This document shows, piece by piece, positions 38,762-51,808 of a DNA stretch of 64,000 nt. Below the pieces are notes generated by a model. It made no database searches. It was not told the origin of the DNA and saw only the letters and a program-made list of their open reading frames with translations. Each line of letters opens with the position of its first letter. The stretch's first letter is position 1. The position numbers were made by a program, and so were the translations under genes. Source of the stretch: Pecten maximus (lineage: Eukaryota); contig NC_047022.1 of assembly GCF_902652985.1 (NCBI RefSeq), forward strand, positions 19,282,001 through 19,346,000, read 5' to 3'.

Positions 38762-40030
38762 CTTTCTTTCTTTATTCGATCTCTTTACAAAAGTTCAATG
38801 TATAAAGAAACATATTTACAACATTCAACAAATACAATATATAAGGAGGACAAATTATATAACTTTTTTAAACAGAACTTTGATAAATTTACATAAATTT
38901 CTTAATGTTTTGATATTTGTAGAGTTCATCAGCAGTGAAAATTTTATAATATTTGGTATCGTATAATAGTATTTATTAATATATAATTTTCTTTCCAAAG
39001 TCAAAAATGGGCATTTTAATAGATAATGAAATTCATCACCGATGTCATTGGTATCACAATAAGGACAAATTCTATTTTGATAATTTACATTATTCCATCT
39101 ACCAGTTTCCACAATGAATTTATGATTACTTGTTCTAAATCTACACATCAAAATTCTGTCGTTGTCACTAAATATATCAAAACATTTTTCAAAATTATAC
39201 TCTTTTTTATACATTCTATAACAGACTGACATCGATGAATTAAAAATGTCATTATTCCATTTTTGTAAAAATTGATCACACAATATCTGCTTAACTTGAG
39301 CTTTAACCCATTGTGGGTTCAAATTATTATGGAATTGAGAATTCCATATATACATCAGACCACAATCATTTAAAATATTTTGTATAAAACTTCAGTATGG
39401 AACAAATCTATTTTCATTAATAAATACATGATATAACATATTATACATTACAACATTCAATTTACTTTCTTTTGATATAATCATATTTGACCAATAATTA
39501 ATCATCTTTATTTTTATGTCAATTACAAGTGGGTTTGTACCCATATACCATGTAACTTGGTGTACTTTTTTTCAAACCTAATAGTAATTTACAACATTTA
39601 AGATAAAAACGCTCAATTGATTGTATATTTGTAAAACCCCATATCTCACAACCGTATAACAAAATTGGTTTCACTATTTTTTCAAATACTAAGTAATTCA
39701 AAAATACACCTGGTCGATAAATTCAACTTTCTTCCTTTTTTCAAAACATCATACATCGCAATTGAGGCTTTTTTAATATTCTGACTCTCGGCATCATTAA
39801 ATGAAGATGTCTTTGAAAATACTGTACCAAGATACGTAAATTTGTTCACACGTTCAATTACGACATTTTCGAATTTGAAAACATGTCTATTGACAAATCT
39901 TACTTTTGAAAACACCATACATTTTGTTTTATCACTATTAACTTTTAATTTCCATCGAGTACAGTATTCACTAAATATATCAAGCTGATTTTGTAGATCA
40001 GTAGGATTATCAGAAAATAAAATAGCAAGT
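38762..40030 (-). mobile_element. 5'-truncated non-LTR retrotransposon (RTE-X-like) ORF2 remnant
   Basis: Successive broken frames: LFSDNPTDLQNQLDIFSEYCTRWKLKVNSDKTK, VNKFTYLG, VKPILLYGCEIWG and the C-terminal CCHC knuckle FRTSNHK..VETGRW..RICPYC..IGDEFHYLLKCP. Ends in AATAAA plus a (GAAA)n tail. Confidence 0.88.
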
Positions 40031-41371
40031 CAGTTCAGGACAATTCATCGTCAGTGCGGACGGTTGAATGTTTTAAAAATGATATTGTAATTTGCAATTT
40101 GTCTTTTTAAGGTTATTTTTGTACATCTTTTAGGATGTAAATCTAGTAGAAGGCTTTTGCTTTGTGTGTTACATGTATTAAATCTGATGATTAAATGACA
40201 TCACTGGTACAGAGGCCGGTGCGTTGTGAACAACCTATAGGTGTTTGTTGTTGCAACCTGGGGGTGGGTCATTGGAGAAAATAAAATTCCAATCCGATAT
40301 TGTTACTGAAATAATTCGAATATCTGTCATTAACTAAGATACAAGACTTCACCAATTAATAAAGGGACTTAACATAATAGAAAATAACAAACACGATAAT
40401 GCTTATGCAATTATTGAAGTTACGATCGTGGGCAGTATTGACGTGTTTTTAACAATATACTGACATACGAGACCATTATTAGATACATTTGTATATTTAT
40501 AGAGAGGTGTCCGAATACTTTCCGTATCCCCATATACCATGTGACAATCGCATTTACAAAAATTACTGTCTAATTCACGTAGACTTTAACAAGACCTCGG
40601 GTTCCATGCCGAAGTTTATTTAGATAATCATTTTTTTAAAAAGAAAGAAAGAAAGATAAAATCAAGACGAGTATATTGGGCGGTTAACATATTATTATGC
40701 ATACGACTATTAAATCAATAAGCCGCAATCTTTATGATATCAATCCTACTATCTTCAAAATAATCAAATATACATAATGAAGCTAATTATGATAGTTTAT
40801 ATGAAAAAAAAAATCATAAAATACGACATTAATGGTCATTATTTTCTGCTAGACCTCAGCCAGGCCCATAAATGTACGACGAACAACATTTAATTAATGA
40901 CATTTGTTTTGGAGCTGAATTTACTAGCATTGTTAATATCTCTAATGATCCTTTTTTTTTTAAAGAATTATGGCATAAGCTTAAAATGTTGTTTTTTTAC
41001 TGACGACCCTAATACACATGCAGCAATCTACATGATAGGGTTGATGTTGCTTGCAGGTAAAAGTATCCAAACACAATGATCCCCGTCTGTGAACACTATC
41101 TTTTGCATTTCTCTGTTAAAGAAGTCAGACTTTTGTCAATCAACGAAACTCTACTCGCACATTGTAACATTTTCATGTTCATCGGTTTGGCGTGTCTGCC
41201 CAGGGAATACTTTACTGATAGAGGTGTAACAACATACATTGTACATATGTTTTACGATCTCGTACTACCTTTCTGAGCTCTGTTAAGTCAGGTATGCAGT
41301 CTTGTGTTGACACGGTTTACTCAAATCTCCAAAGTTCTTATCTAAATGCTTGGGTGGATATATATATATGT

Positions 41372-41373
<2 letters not shown>

Positions 41374-41422
<49 letters not shown>
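41374..41422. repeat. (CT)n microsatellite
   Basis: Uninterrupted CT dinucleotide run. Confidence 0.98.
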
Positions 41423-41427
<5 letters not shown>

Positions 41428-44400
41428 AGTTATTGTAAATATGTAAATATGCCATCTTGTTGTAATGATTATGTATCGGGAAAGGGCTTTATCTAAGTTG
41501 TATAACTTGTGCCCAATCCCTTTGTAAAGTTCAGTTACAAATAAAAATATCAAATCCAAAGTTCCAAAGAACTTTTGATTAATCCTGAACATCCAAAACT
41601 CTTCTGTCAAGATATATACCATTTCAGAACTTCAGTTTCAGTTTTGTTTGTTTTTGTTATAAGGGCCCTTCTCCCCAAGACAGGGCAAGGGCATTACAGT
41701 TTCTCTTGTCAAAATAGTGTTATTTTACATACGACCAATCCAGATCTACTCGATAATACAGAATTTTTTCAAGATATAGACTGAACAGGTAAAGTGTTTT
41801 TAAGTTCTTTAGTTGAGTGTGTGACGACGTTTACCCTTCCGGAACACCCTGGGCCTATTTCCATTGTTCTTGTCGATTGATCTCCATGTATACATGTATC
41901 TATATTTAGTTTATGTTTAGCGCTATTGTTTAATCGGATTTGAGAAAACAAATTTGAGTTAGAATTATGGTTATGTTTATATGGCGATATCAAATTTAGT
42001 TTGATTTTGTGAACCAATTACATGTAACCCCGTTATATTTGGCATTGTAATTGCTATTGTATGCTTGCATAGAAGACGAGTGTTCTACTGGTAATCATGT
42101 CACTGCAATATACTTACGTTGACGTATTGTTTCACACATTAATGTGTGTCAAGGAGTTAATTAAATCTCTGATATCAACTCCGAAGACCCTTACTCTTTG
42201 ACTACACATTGTATTATATTTGATTTTCTTTTCAATGATCATCATGCCAATCTATATTTTTTTTCTAGATTTTGTTCTCTGTTTGTCGAGTTTGAGTTAG
42301 AACTACGGCTGCGATCTCTGTTGTTTTTTATGATTAAATTGATTTTTTACAAACTACTAGATGTGGCTTATTTACTTTTGTGATTTCATTGCTTGACTCT
42401 GGCGATGAATGCTTCTTATTAGTAGTATACTTCAGTCATTTTTACAAAGCACGCATTTGATCTCATTTCAGTTGTACAATGTATGGCGTTTGCAATTTAT
42501 TTCTTTTATCGTCAGAAATTCCGGCTTTGGCAAACATACATGTTATCTTCATTATATTGACCTCAACGTTTCCGTTCAAATGCTGCTGGAAAGATACGTC
42601 AAATCTTGATTAGATTATATCTGTAATTCCTTGTCAAGTTCCATTTACATTGTAGATGTTCTAACGGAGATCTTGTGATGTCCTCGCTCCTATTCCCTGA
42701 TTAAAGCCATACACATACACGCGATTACTTTCAACCTTATATAAAGATATTTTTAGCCTGTTTGCTATTTCATTTTGTTTATTTATTCCTTTCTATTCCC
42801 TTTCAAGAATTCTTTTAATTACATCCTATCTAATATTACTGTTTACTATCTATTTGGATATTTTATTGTTGGTACACATGTAAGAACTGTTACAGATACA
42901 ATAATTGTTCTCAGTTTATTTAGGTCAACACTGTATGTCCTGTGGTAACGATTTAATTAATATTGAAGATAAACATTATCTACCAAATACCTATATAGGT
43001 CATGTTAACTTTGAAACTCTGACTTAATAAGAGTTAAATAATGTTTGCTTTGTCTGATATGTCTATACGCTGTTTAATTAAAGGTAGTAAGATGGTATTG
43101 GCACGACGATAAAACATATAGTTTCCTATTAGTACACATGTACATGCGTAAGTAAGTACAAAACCGAAATACGTCTTCGATCTACTGACTTATTGTTTCA
43201 CCCAATTAACCTAAAACTTGCTAATACGTATTGACTCTTGTAGAAGATCTCGTTTCAATCGACATCGGTAAAAATGAGGTCACTGTTAATTAACTCTTGG
43301 ACAAGCTCGTGTTTCGATTGACCCGGGTCAAAATAGAGCTAATTGTTCATTAATCGTTCGGACTTGAATGTTTGAATGCAGAGTTGCGGTTTGATAAGGG
43401 CTATTTTAGGGGTGTGATAATATAATATGATAGGATTAAAATGGGGACCTTTCCTTTTTAACAGAAAGCATCTTTATAAAATCATTTCAATTAAGATTGT
43501 ATATGGAATCATTTTTTGATGAAAACCTTAGCGTGTGGCCGATTTAACATATCATAATCTACTAGCATTTGTTTTACTTGTGGTACGAAGCAGTTGTTGG
43601 ACACTAACTTATGCAAGCAAGGTTGGGTCAATATGCTTTTGACAAGGAGCAGATTTTCAGCAGGTTTCAAAAAAACAATTAATAGAACCCATTTTTTTTT
43701 TTAATTAACCGATTTTATTATTCAACTAAGGTGATGCGCTTCCCTATTATTTATCTATTTATTTATTTTTATTCTAAACTTTCTGGGTTTCACTAATTTG
43801 GACCTGCGGTTTAACTAATGATTCCTAGAAGGAGAAAACAAATGTATGATAACATATCCTATTCTCTATCTGTAACTAGGTTCATTTTAAGGGCTCTTTA
43901 CTCTCGTTTGTATCCCGTAAAATTTCTATCCTCAAAATGAAATTAGGATTTAAAACAATCGAATATGACCACAGAATCAGATTTTAACCTTTGTATGATA
44001 AATAGGCCTTGGACGACCGCTACTGTCTTATTCTTAATTTGTTTTGAAGGCTGCTAATATCTTTTGTGTCTTTAGTATAATCCTTGAGATTGCAGGTGGT
44101 AGACATTGATGAACTTTACCTGAGGGATAATATTGTTACGTGCTAGTCACGTTTTAATTCATATGCATGTACTTAACGTTCTTTTGAATTCCAATTTTGA
44201 AATTCATGGAAATCAAACATTGTAATTTATGAAATTTATAGAATGATGGGGTCTTTTGCACCTCTCGGTCCAACTTTTCGAATTTCTTTCAGCATCAGTT
44301 AGCATCACTGACGAGTCCTAGAAGCATGCAACAGATGCATGGTACAATTTCATTCACCTTGTACTGTATCTAACTTTGATTTGTTTTTAAAGGTGCCTTG

Positions 44401-44702
44401 ATATCTTGTGTGTCTCTTGTACAATCTTTTGTTGTCAATAATTGCCGTCAAGTGTGAAAATAGCAAATTTAAATGAGAAAATGATAAATCGAAATACTTA
44501 ATGAATATATTATTTTATTCATTGAAGTCAGATTTCAAAACAACCAACACGACACAATTAACTATACATACTTTGGTTTTCGATACATTCCTGTTCCTCT
44601 CCTGTACACACCGCTCCTGCTTTTGTTTTAGGGCGCTCCATTGTTCATACTATCGAGCTTGCAACATTAGAAAAACCAATAAAAAAGAAGTTAAATTGAT
44701 TG

Positions 44703-45938
44703 TCAGATGTGAACATCTCCACTCTCAACTTCTGTTGATAAATCTGTTGTAGAAACATCTGTAGATGAGTTGTGGCCTTTAAAAAGGGAAGATGTGGACA
44801 TGATAGCAGCTCTGGGGACGGTACAAGTCTTCTTTTCGAGTTCCTTCCCACAAAAAAGATAGAGCTGTCGACGATACGCATTGTTCATAGTGACATAGAT
44901 CACAAAGTTTATGGATGAGTTGAAACTTTCAGTAATCAGTCCAATCAGTGTCAACAAAGTGTGGACATTGGAGCTGTAATTGACGTGGGAGCTGTTGGGG
45001 TCGAAGAGAATCATTAAACGCGAAATTGTTGACGGGAGTAAACAGATAATGAACACACAGGTGATAGTGAGGAGTGTTTTCGTTATTTGTCTTTCATCTC
45101 CTGCTGGTTGTTGCCCTACTGTATAATTTTGTTTCCGATTTCTCCACTTCGCTTGTAAAAATAGGACGGCAATTATGATTGCATTGCACACGGCACTTAA
45201 ACCCATCGGCACAAATCGTAAAAGTGCTTCGGAAATAACATAGTACACCTCGAAGAGTTCTTTCTGTCTCCCAATAGAGCCGAGGGTAATGATTTTCGTT
45301 ATATTACCGTCAGGAAGGGTTACCTCCTTGACTTCATAAAGCCAAAGCTTTGGACTTGTGAGAATGGCGACAGACAAAGGAATCACAATTGACAAAGCAA
45401 GCGTAAGTTTCTTCGTACAAATTTGCTTAACTTTGAGTGGACGGGTTACAGCGACAAGGCGTTCCAAGGAAATGAGTGTAACTAACCAGTTGGAAATTCT
45501 TCCTGGAAGAGGACTAAGATACACTGAGAAGGGAATGATGAGGGACATCGAGACCTCCTTGGCATGTTCTGGATAGAAACTCCTGATAATCAGACTGACA
45601 ACGTTGACGATTGTTGATGCTATAAAGGCAAGATCGGCAAATGCAATGGCGATGAGCAAAATCGTAGTGGATCTAGTTGGTCTGTGACGGAACAAAATTA
45701 TTAACGCCAGGCTATTTCCGACGATTCCAAAGACACACATCGGTGGCATGATTCCACAAACAATGATTTTAAGCAAAATATCCATCAATGATTTATCTAT
45801 GACGTAATAATTATTTCTGCTGGATTCACTTTCGGTTTTCATGGAAGTCGTGCTTTCATTATTTCTGAAAATGCTTGATGAGTTAGTTGTACTATTCTGA
45901 TCCTCAGTAAACTCCGACAGAATCTCAGTTGGATCCAT
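44703..45938 (-). CDS. Intronless class A (rhodopsin-like) GPCR, FMRFamide/peptide receptor-like, 411 aa
   Basis: Seven hydrophobic segments with GIVGN (TM1), IAFADL (TM2), SLERLVAV..P (TM3), FIICLLP (TM6) and NSSINFVIY (TM7), plus N-terminal N-glycosylation sequons. The first ATG is at 45938 (the ORF track starts at an upstream TTG). Confidence 0.93.
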   Translation of the reverse strand: MDPTEILSEFTEDQNSTTNSSSIFRNNESTTSMKTESESSRNNYYVIDKSLMDILLKIIVCGIMPPMCVFGIVGNSLALIILFRHRPTRSTTILLIAIAFADLAFIASTIVNVVSLIIRSFYPEHAKEVSMSLIIPFSVYLSPLPGRISNWLVTLISLERLVAVTRPLKVKQICTKKLTLALSIVIPLSVAILTSPKLWLYEVKEVTLPDGNITKIITLGSIGRQKELFEVYYVISEALLRFVPMGLSAVCNAIIIAVLFLQAKWRNRKQNYTVGQQPAGDERQITKTLLTITCVFIICLLPSTISRLMILFDPNSSHVNYSSNVHTLLTLIGLITESFNSSINFVIYVTMNNAYRRQLYLFCGKELEKKTCTVPRAAIMSTSSLFKGHNSSTDVSTTDLSTEVESGDVHI

Positions 45939-48726
45939 TTTCAATATACCCCTATGACATCAACTGAATGACATTGGCTTACTGTTTCTAAAGATTCCCT
46001 TTTTATACCGCGTACATTTCTCTGTGTCACGTGATCTTGTGCCATGGAAACTTGACAGCATCACACCAACCTGACACAATGTCACATGATCTGTTGGCTT
46101 GGAAACATGACAACATCACATACGCAAACACACACTTAACCCCTTTACCAAGGAGGTATCGATTGCCAATCAGCGCGGCCTTAAACAGAGTCTTTAGATA
46201 CTGTAGGTCTTTGATAAATAACACTAATTATGAATGTGATGAAAGATATTCTTTAAATTAGTAGTAAAGCTAGGAGAATGGACATTTCATAGTATTAGAT
46301 ATAAATATAAATATGTTTTAACAAAAAGTATATATATTATGAATTTATGTATCGTATGTGTTCTATCTCTCATTTTAAACAGCACTTTTTGTTTCCACCT
46401 TAAGCATATATGTTAAGTGATACTTAGTTCTCTCAGTTATCATGCCTCATTTAAATACCCTTTTTCTTTTCTTTTTCCTTTCCTTTCAATTGCATCTGTT
46501 CTAATCATTTCTTCAGATAATGCTAGTCTTTCTTTCACTCTTTATCACTTTCATTTTTTTTCAAGCTTATCCAAGTCTGCGGCATGAATAGGCTTCTTAT
46601 ATTGCCCTATCACATTTGAACTTCTCACAGTAAACCATAAGTATGTCTTACCAAATTTTGCACCATCTTACATGATTATCATCACCCTATTTTACCACTC
46701 TATGACATTGTTACTATCTAATCTTAAACTGCCTATCGCATTAAGAATATGCCGAGTGAAGTACGACATATTTGCAGAAAATATTGAATATGCATTTTCC
46801 GTTTGAAAAACTGGGCGGACAGTTTATATTTTGTATTTTTATGATGTTAATTTACATTAAATATTTTTATTACAATCATTATTCTTGTCTGGTTTTACGT
46901 TATCTTCAGCACTATTTTTTACGCGAAACAACATGGTCCAAACCTGTTATCTTAACACTTAACAAAAATGTCTTTTTAGTTATATCGAAGATTCTTTTAA
47001 AAACGTGTGGTAGTTTCCTTACCATCGATATCCGTTACTAGGCTATTTGAATACTCCATGCACTTCAAGATGAGGGCGTGTAGCCGATTCTGTGTCAGCC
47101 GGAGGGCGTTTTTTGGTATTTGAGAACAAATGTTATAACCGTTTTCTATTGAAACAAAGCCTTATTCAATGAGTGATGATATTTTCAATAATCTTTAAAA
47201 TATGATGATGAAAATAAAGTTTCTTTCTTCCCTTTCTAAAATATTCATATAAAGACAAGACGCCATGTACATAATTAATCTTTAATACAATAACAATAAA
47301 CATGTGCACACTATAATTGATTTTCATATAAATTCAGGTAGACTAACCTGAGTCAACATCACAGAATTTTACAGAATGATTTATGTCGAGCAAATAGGAT
47401 TAACATGGTTTTCATTTTCTAGGATATACCCAATTTCTAGTCCTGTAAGTCTCCATAAATTGGAAAGATATGTTCATCATTAAACCATTGTTACAGTAGA
47501 CATCACAAGTAGAAATCTGTGGCAATGGTGAAATGTCTTCTCTTGTGATAATATACATTCCATGTACACAACTTAATAATGGCCGATCCCTTTTAATTCA
47601 TTTTGTGATATTTTCTGTCACTTTCTACAGTATAACCTTCAGGGAACGATTATTTTATATTTTTTTCAATAATTTTGATTTAATGATTCTTGTTTTATTT
47701 TAACCGTAGATGTTTTCAACTTATGTAGTTCATTCGAAGAAAAATATTTGAATAAAACTAAATTTGGTTGCATTATTATGAAGAGATAAAGAGTCTAGAG
47801 TCCAGCTATTATAAAGTATAGTCAGCTTATAGCCTTCTATCTGATTCATTATTTCCGAAGAAACCTCTTTAGACCTATATGGATTAAAAAATATAGATAT
47901 ACAGTGTTCACAATCTAAAATCCTTTCATTTGGTGATAACGTTTGATGTTGTGAAATACCTTTCTAATGTAAACGAGCCGCTGGCTGAAAGGGAATAAAA
48001 ACTGATACAAAAGTATCTTACAACAATACAAGGGAAGATAAGTAAAAAGTGCTACGAGAACTATTATTGATATGGTGTTATCTTGTTCTTCGTATTTACA
48101 TACATTTTCACTTAATATAAAAGGTAATGAGGCTGAAAACATTGTTGAACCTCGTTCACCTGGCAACCACTGATCCGGTAAATTACACTGTTGAGTCAAT
48201 ATTCTAGGAATCAGATAACTTTAAAATCGGCCTGGTTATTAAACCATCTCATATAAGTAATTATATGCATGCATACTATATATGATCATTGGTCATTTGC
48301 TTTTCGGGTTAAAAAGTTCTGCTCAATTATTATTCATCTAACTTTAGTTTCTGCTTATTGTTTTTAACGCTACTTTGGTGCGCAATCATCCTTGCGCTTG
48401 TCAGTTATGCTTACTTTTATGTTGCAAAATGGTTCACAGTACTCGATCAACATGAGATTATCTGGAGGTGGACTGTGTGGTTTTGACTTTATGACTGATT
48501 TTGACTTGTGACTATACATTCTTCGGTAAAAAACGTAAGCTTCATATGAAAGCAAACACAAGATGGCCAAGAAAGAAGCGCACCATTTGTATCCATTGGT
48601 ATGACTAATTGCTTTTGGTGGCGTTTGTGTTTATCACGAGAAATACAACATTTAGTTCAATCTTTGAAGTTTCTTTCGGTTGGTTTCACGAGAATAATGA
48701 AATCGACTGGATTTTGGGTTTTTTTT

Positions 48727-48757
<31 letters not shown>

Positions 48758-49649
48758 GTATTTTTTGTGCCGTCTTAATTATTTCTTTCATTTACATACA
48801 ATATTAAAGAGTTAGAAGCATTATTATTCGCTCACCTCTGGCCACGGTTACCAGGTTGTTTAATTACTTCCTGTGCTACCAGTCGAGAATGGTTTACACG
48901 TGACTTACCCGCGGAATCTTGTTTAGCCTTAGGATTTAAATACATGGGATTAAAACTAAATTGAAAAAACGAAAAGAAGAAGATACCTTTACAATGTAAA
49001 TTAATGACGAATGAATATAGGTTGATCAATATGGCTCAACACTACGTGGCACGTGGTAAGAGATTAGCGCCAAATCTGAGATAATGGGATTTTTTCTATG
49101 ATGATTAAGGTTCCGTGACTTATGTTTCTCGATTTATTGGAAAAATGGCTTGAACGGAATATAAACTAATGCAAATTAATCTTTCACAATACAATGGCTG
49201 ATGGGCAAAACTACAATGCACGAACTTTTATTGATATGGTGTGATCTTGTTCTTGGTCTTTACTTATCATTTTACTTAACATTAAAGATAATGAGGCCAG
49301 GAAACATTGTCAAACCTTGTTCGCCTAGTACTCCCTGATCCAGAAAATTGCTATATTCGGTCAATATTCTAAGAACATATTAATACCCAGTCGGTCTGGT
49401 AATCCTATCATCTCACGATGGTGGCGGTTTATATTGCAATATACATTGTAATTGATATTTTTACTGATTACTAATTAGCCAGGTAAACTAATATCTTCGT
49501 CATCAGTAACACTGAAAAGTTATGGAATAACGGGAACGGTATTTTATCGTCGCTTTCTTTGTTGGCGATACTTTTTCTCACTAATCATTAGTGACATGAC
49601 ATTTTTTATAGGTGGTGGTGATAAAACTATTCTATAAAGCTTACAATTG

Positions 49650-49706
49650 ATGATGATGATGATGATGATGGTGATGATGGTGATGATGATGATGATGATG
49701 ATGATG
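49650..49706. repeat. (GAT)n microsatellite; paralogous copy at ~55593-55635
   Basis: GAT trinucleotide run whose length differs between the duplicated units. Confidence 0.95.
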
Positions 49707-50629
49707 ACAAAAAACTAACACAAGTTGGAGAGATGAGCACATTTAGTTATCATGGGAAATACATGTACATATAGAGGTACAATATATTGTATACTACAGT
49801 TCAATATTTGAAGTTCCTTTTACACACAAATATCAAGATTTTAAAAGGAGTATGGTAATTCGCTCGCCTCTGGCCATGTTTATCATTCCATTTAATTATT
49901 TCCTGTGTTACCAGTCGAAGAAGCGTAACAGATGATTTACCGGCGGAGGATTTACAACATTTGTGAATATGAATATATGAATATCAATATAACCTCAATA
50001 TAACATGTACATATTTTATCTTTGATACAAAAACGGTATCCGACATAATTGATTTACAAATAAATGACATGATTTTACGGAATTATTTTCAGAACCTTTA
50101 GTAAATTTGATGATTTCTTTTTAGAGGGTGTATCTAATTTCGAGTCCTATTTTCTCGATAATTGGAAATAAACTTTTAACATCAAATTATTGTTACAGAC
50201 ATCACAAACAGGAATAAAGTAACAATGATGAAATATATTATCTCATGATAGTACACCTTTATGCACACAACTTAATCATGGCCGACCTTTTTAATACATT
50301 TTGTCGCATGTCTGCACTGTCATCTTTCCTAGTGTAATCGGGGTTTCACGTGACGATTGCTTTAATATTTTCTACCAACAACTATTGATTTTATGATCTT
50401 TTCTTTTTATTTTTACTGCAGATTTATTTATTTTGTGACATTTTCTGCACTGTCACCTTTCACAGAATTATCAAGTTTTCAGGTGACGATTATCTTATTT
50501 GTTTTCAGCAATTTTGATTTAATGATTTTTGTTTTATTTCAACTGTGAATGTTTTCAACTCGCTTATGTATTTCATTTGAGGGGAAATATTTGAATACAA
50601 TTTAACAATTTGGCTATGCACACAATACT

Positions 50630-51808
50630 TTATATTTTCTGATTAGGAGTATTTGCTAATGACGAGACCATGATAGCAGCTCTGGGGACGGTACAAGTCT
50701 TCTTTTCGAGTTCCTTCCCACAAAAAAGATAGAGCTGTCGACGATACGCATTGTTCATAGTGACATAGATCACAAAGTTTATGGATGAGTTGAAACTTTC
50801 AGTAATCAGTCCAATCAGTGTCAACAAAGTGTGGACATTGGAGCTGTAATTGACGTGGGAGCTGTTGGGGTCGAAGAGAATCATTAAACGCGAAATTGTT
50901 GACGGGAGTAAACAGATAATGAACACACAGGTGATAGTGAGGAGTGTTTTCGTTATTTGTCTTTCATCTCCTGCTGGTTGTTGCCCTACTGTATAATTTT
51001 GTTTCCGATTTCTCCACTTCGCTTGTAAAAATAGGACGGCAATTATGATTGCATTGCACACGGCACTTAAACCCATCGGCACAAATCGTAAAAGTGCTTC
51101 GGAAATAACATAGTACACCTCGAAGAGTTCTTTCTGTCTCCCAATAGAGCCGAGGGTAATGATTTTCGTTATATTACCGTCAGGAAGGGTTACCTCCTTA
51201 ACTTCATAAAGCCAAAGCTTTGGACTTGTGAGAATGGCGACAGACAAAGGAATCACAATTGACAAAGCAAGCATAAGTTTCTTCGTACAAATTTGCTTAA
51301 CTTTGAGTGGACGGGTTACAGCGACAAGGCGTTCCAAGGAAATGAGTGTAACTAACCAGTTGGAAATTCTTCCTGGAAGAGGACTAAGATACACTGAGAA
51401 GGGAATGATGAGGGACATCGAGACCTCCTTGGCATGTTCTGGATAGAAACTCCTGATAATCAGACTGACAACGTTGACGATTGTTGATGCTATAAAGGCA
51501 AGATCGGCAAATGCAATGGCGATGAGCAAAATCGTAGTGGATCTAGTTGGTCTGTGACGGAACAAAATTATTAACGCCAGGCTATTTCCGACGATTCCAA
51601 AGACACACATCGGTGGCATGATTCCACAAACAATGATTTTAAGCAAAATATCCATCAATGATTTATCTATGACGTAATAATTATTTCTGCTGGATTCACT
51701 TTCAGTTTTCATGGAAGTCGTGCTTTCATTATTTCTGAAAATGCTTGATGAGTTAGTTGTACTATTCTGACTCTCAGTAAACTCCGATAGAATCTCAGTT
51801 GTATCCAT
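50630..51808 (-). CDS. Duplicated class A GPCR with chimeric shortened C-terminus, 392 aa
   Basis: Identical to the 44703-45938 protein except for three substitutions (P>T and D>S near the N-terminus, T>M in TM4) and replacement of the last 31 aa by VSSLANTPNQKI. The ORF is intact. Confidence 0.85.
   Translation of the reverse strand: MDTTEILSEFTESQNSTTNSSSIFRNNESTTSMKTESESSRNNYYVIDKSLMDILLKIIVCGIMPPMCVFGIVGNSLALIILFRHRPTRSTTILLIAIAFADLAFIASTIVNVVSLIIRSFYPEHAKEVSMSLIIPFSVYLSPLPGRISNWLVTLISLERLVAVTRPLKVKQICTKKLMLALSIVIPLSVAILTSPKLWLYEVKEVTLPDGNITKIITLGSIGRQKELFEVYYVISEALLRFVPMGLSAVCNAIIIAVLFLQAKWRNRKQNYTVGQQPAGDERQITKTLLTITCVFIICLLPSTISRLMILFDPNSSHVNYSSNVHTLLTLIGLITESFNSSINFVIYVTMNNAYRRQLYLFCGKELEKKTCTVPRAAIMVSSLANTPNQKI

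Noticed and set aside
41440-41870. Possible Penelope-like retroelement remnant
   Set aside because: Only weak peptide and motif resemblance, too decayed to call without a search.
45358-45576. Antisense ORFs within the GPCR genes (also 51228-51446)
   Set aside because: Shadow ORFs on the opposite strand of a real CDS.
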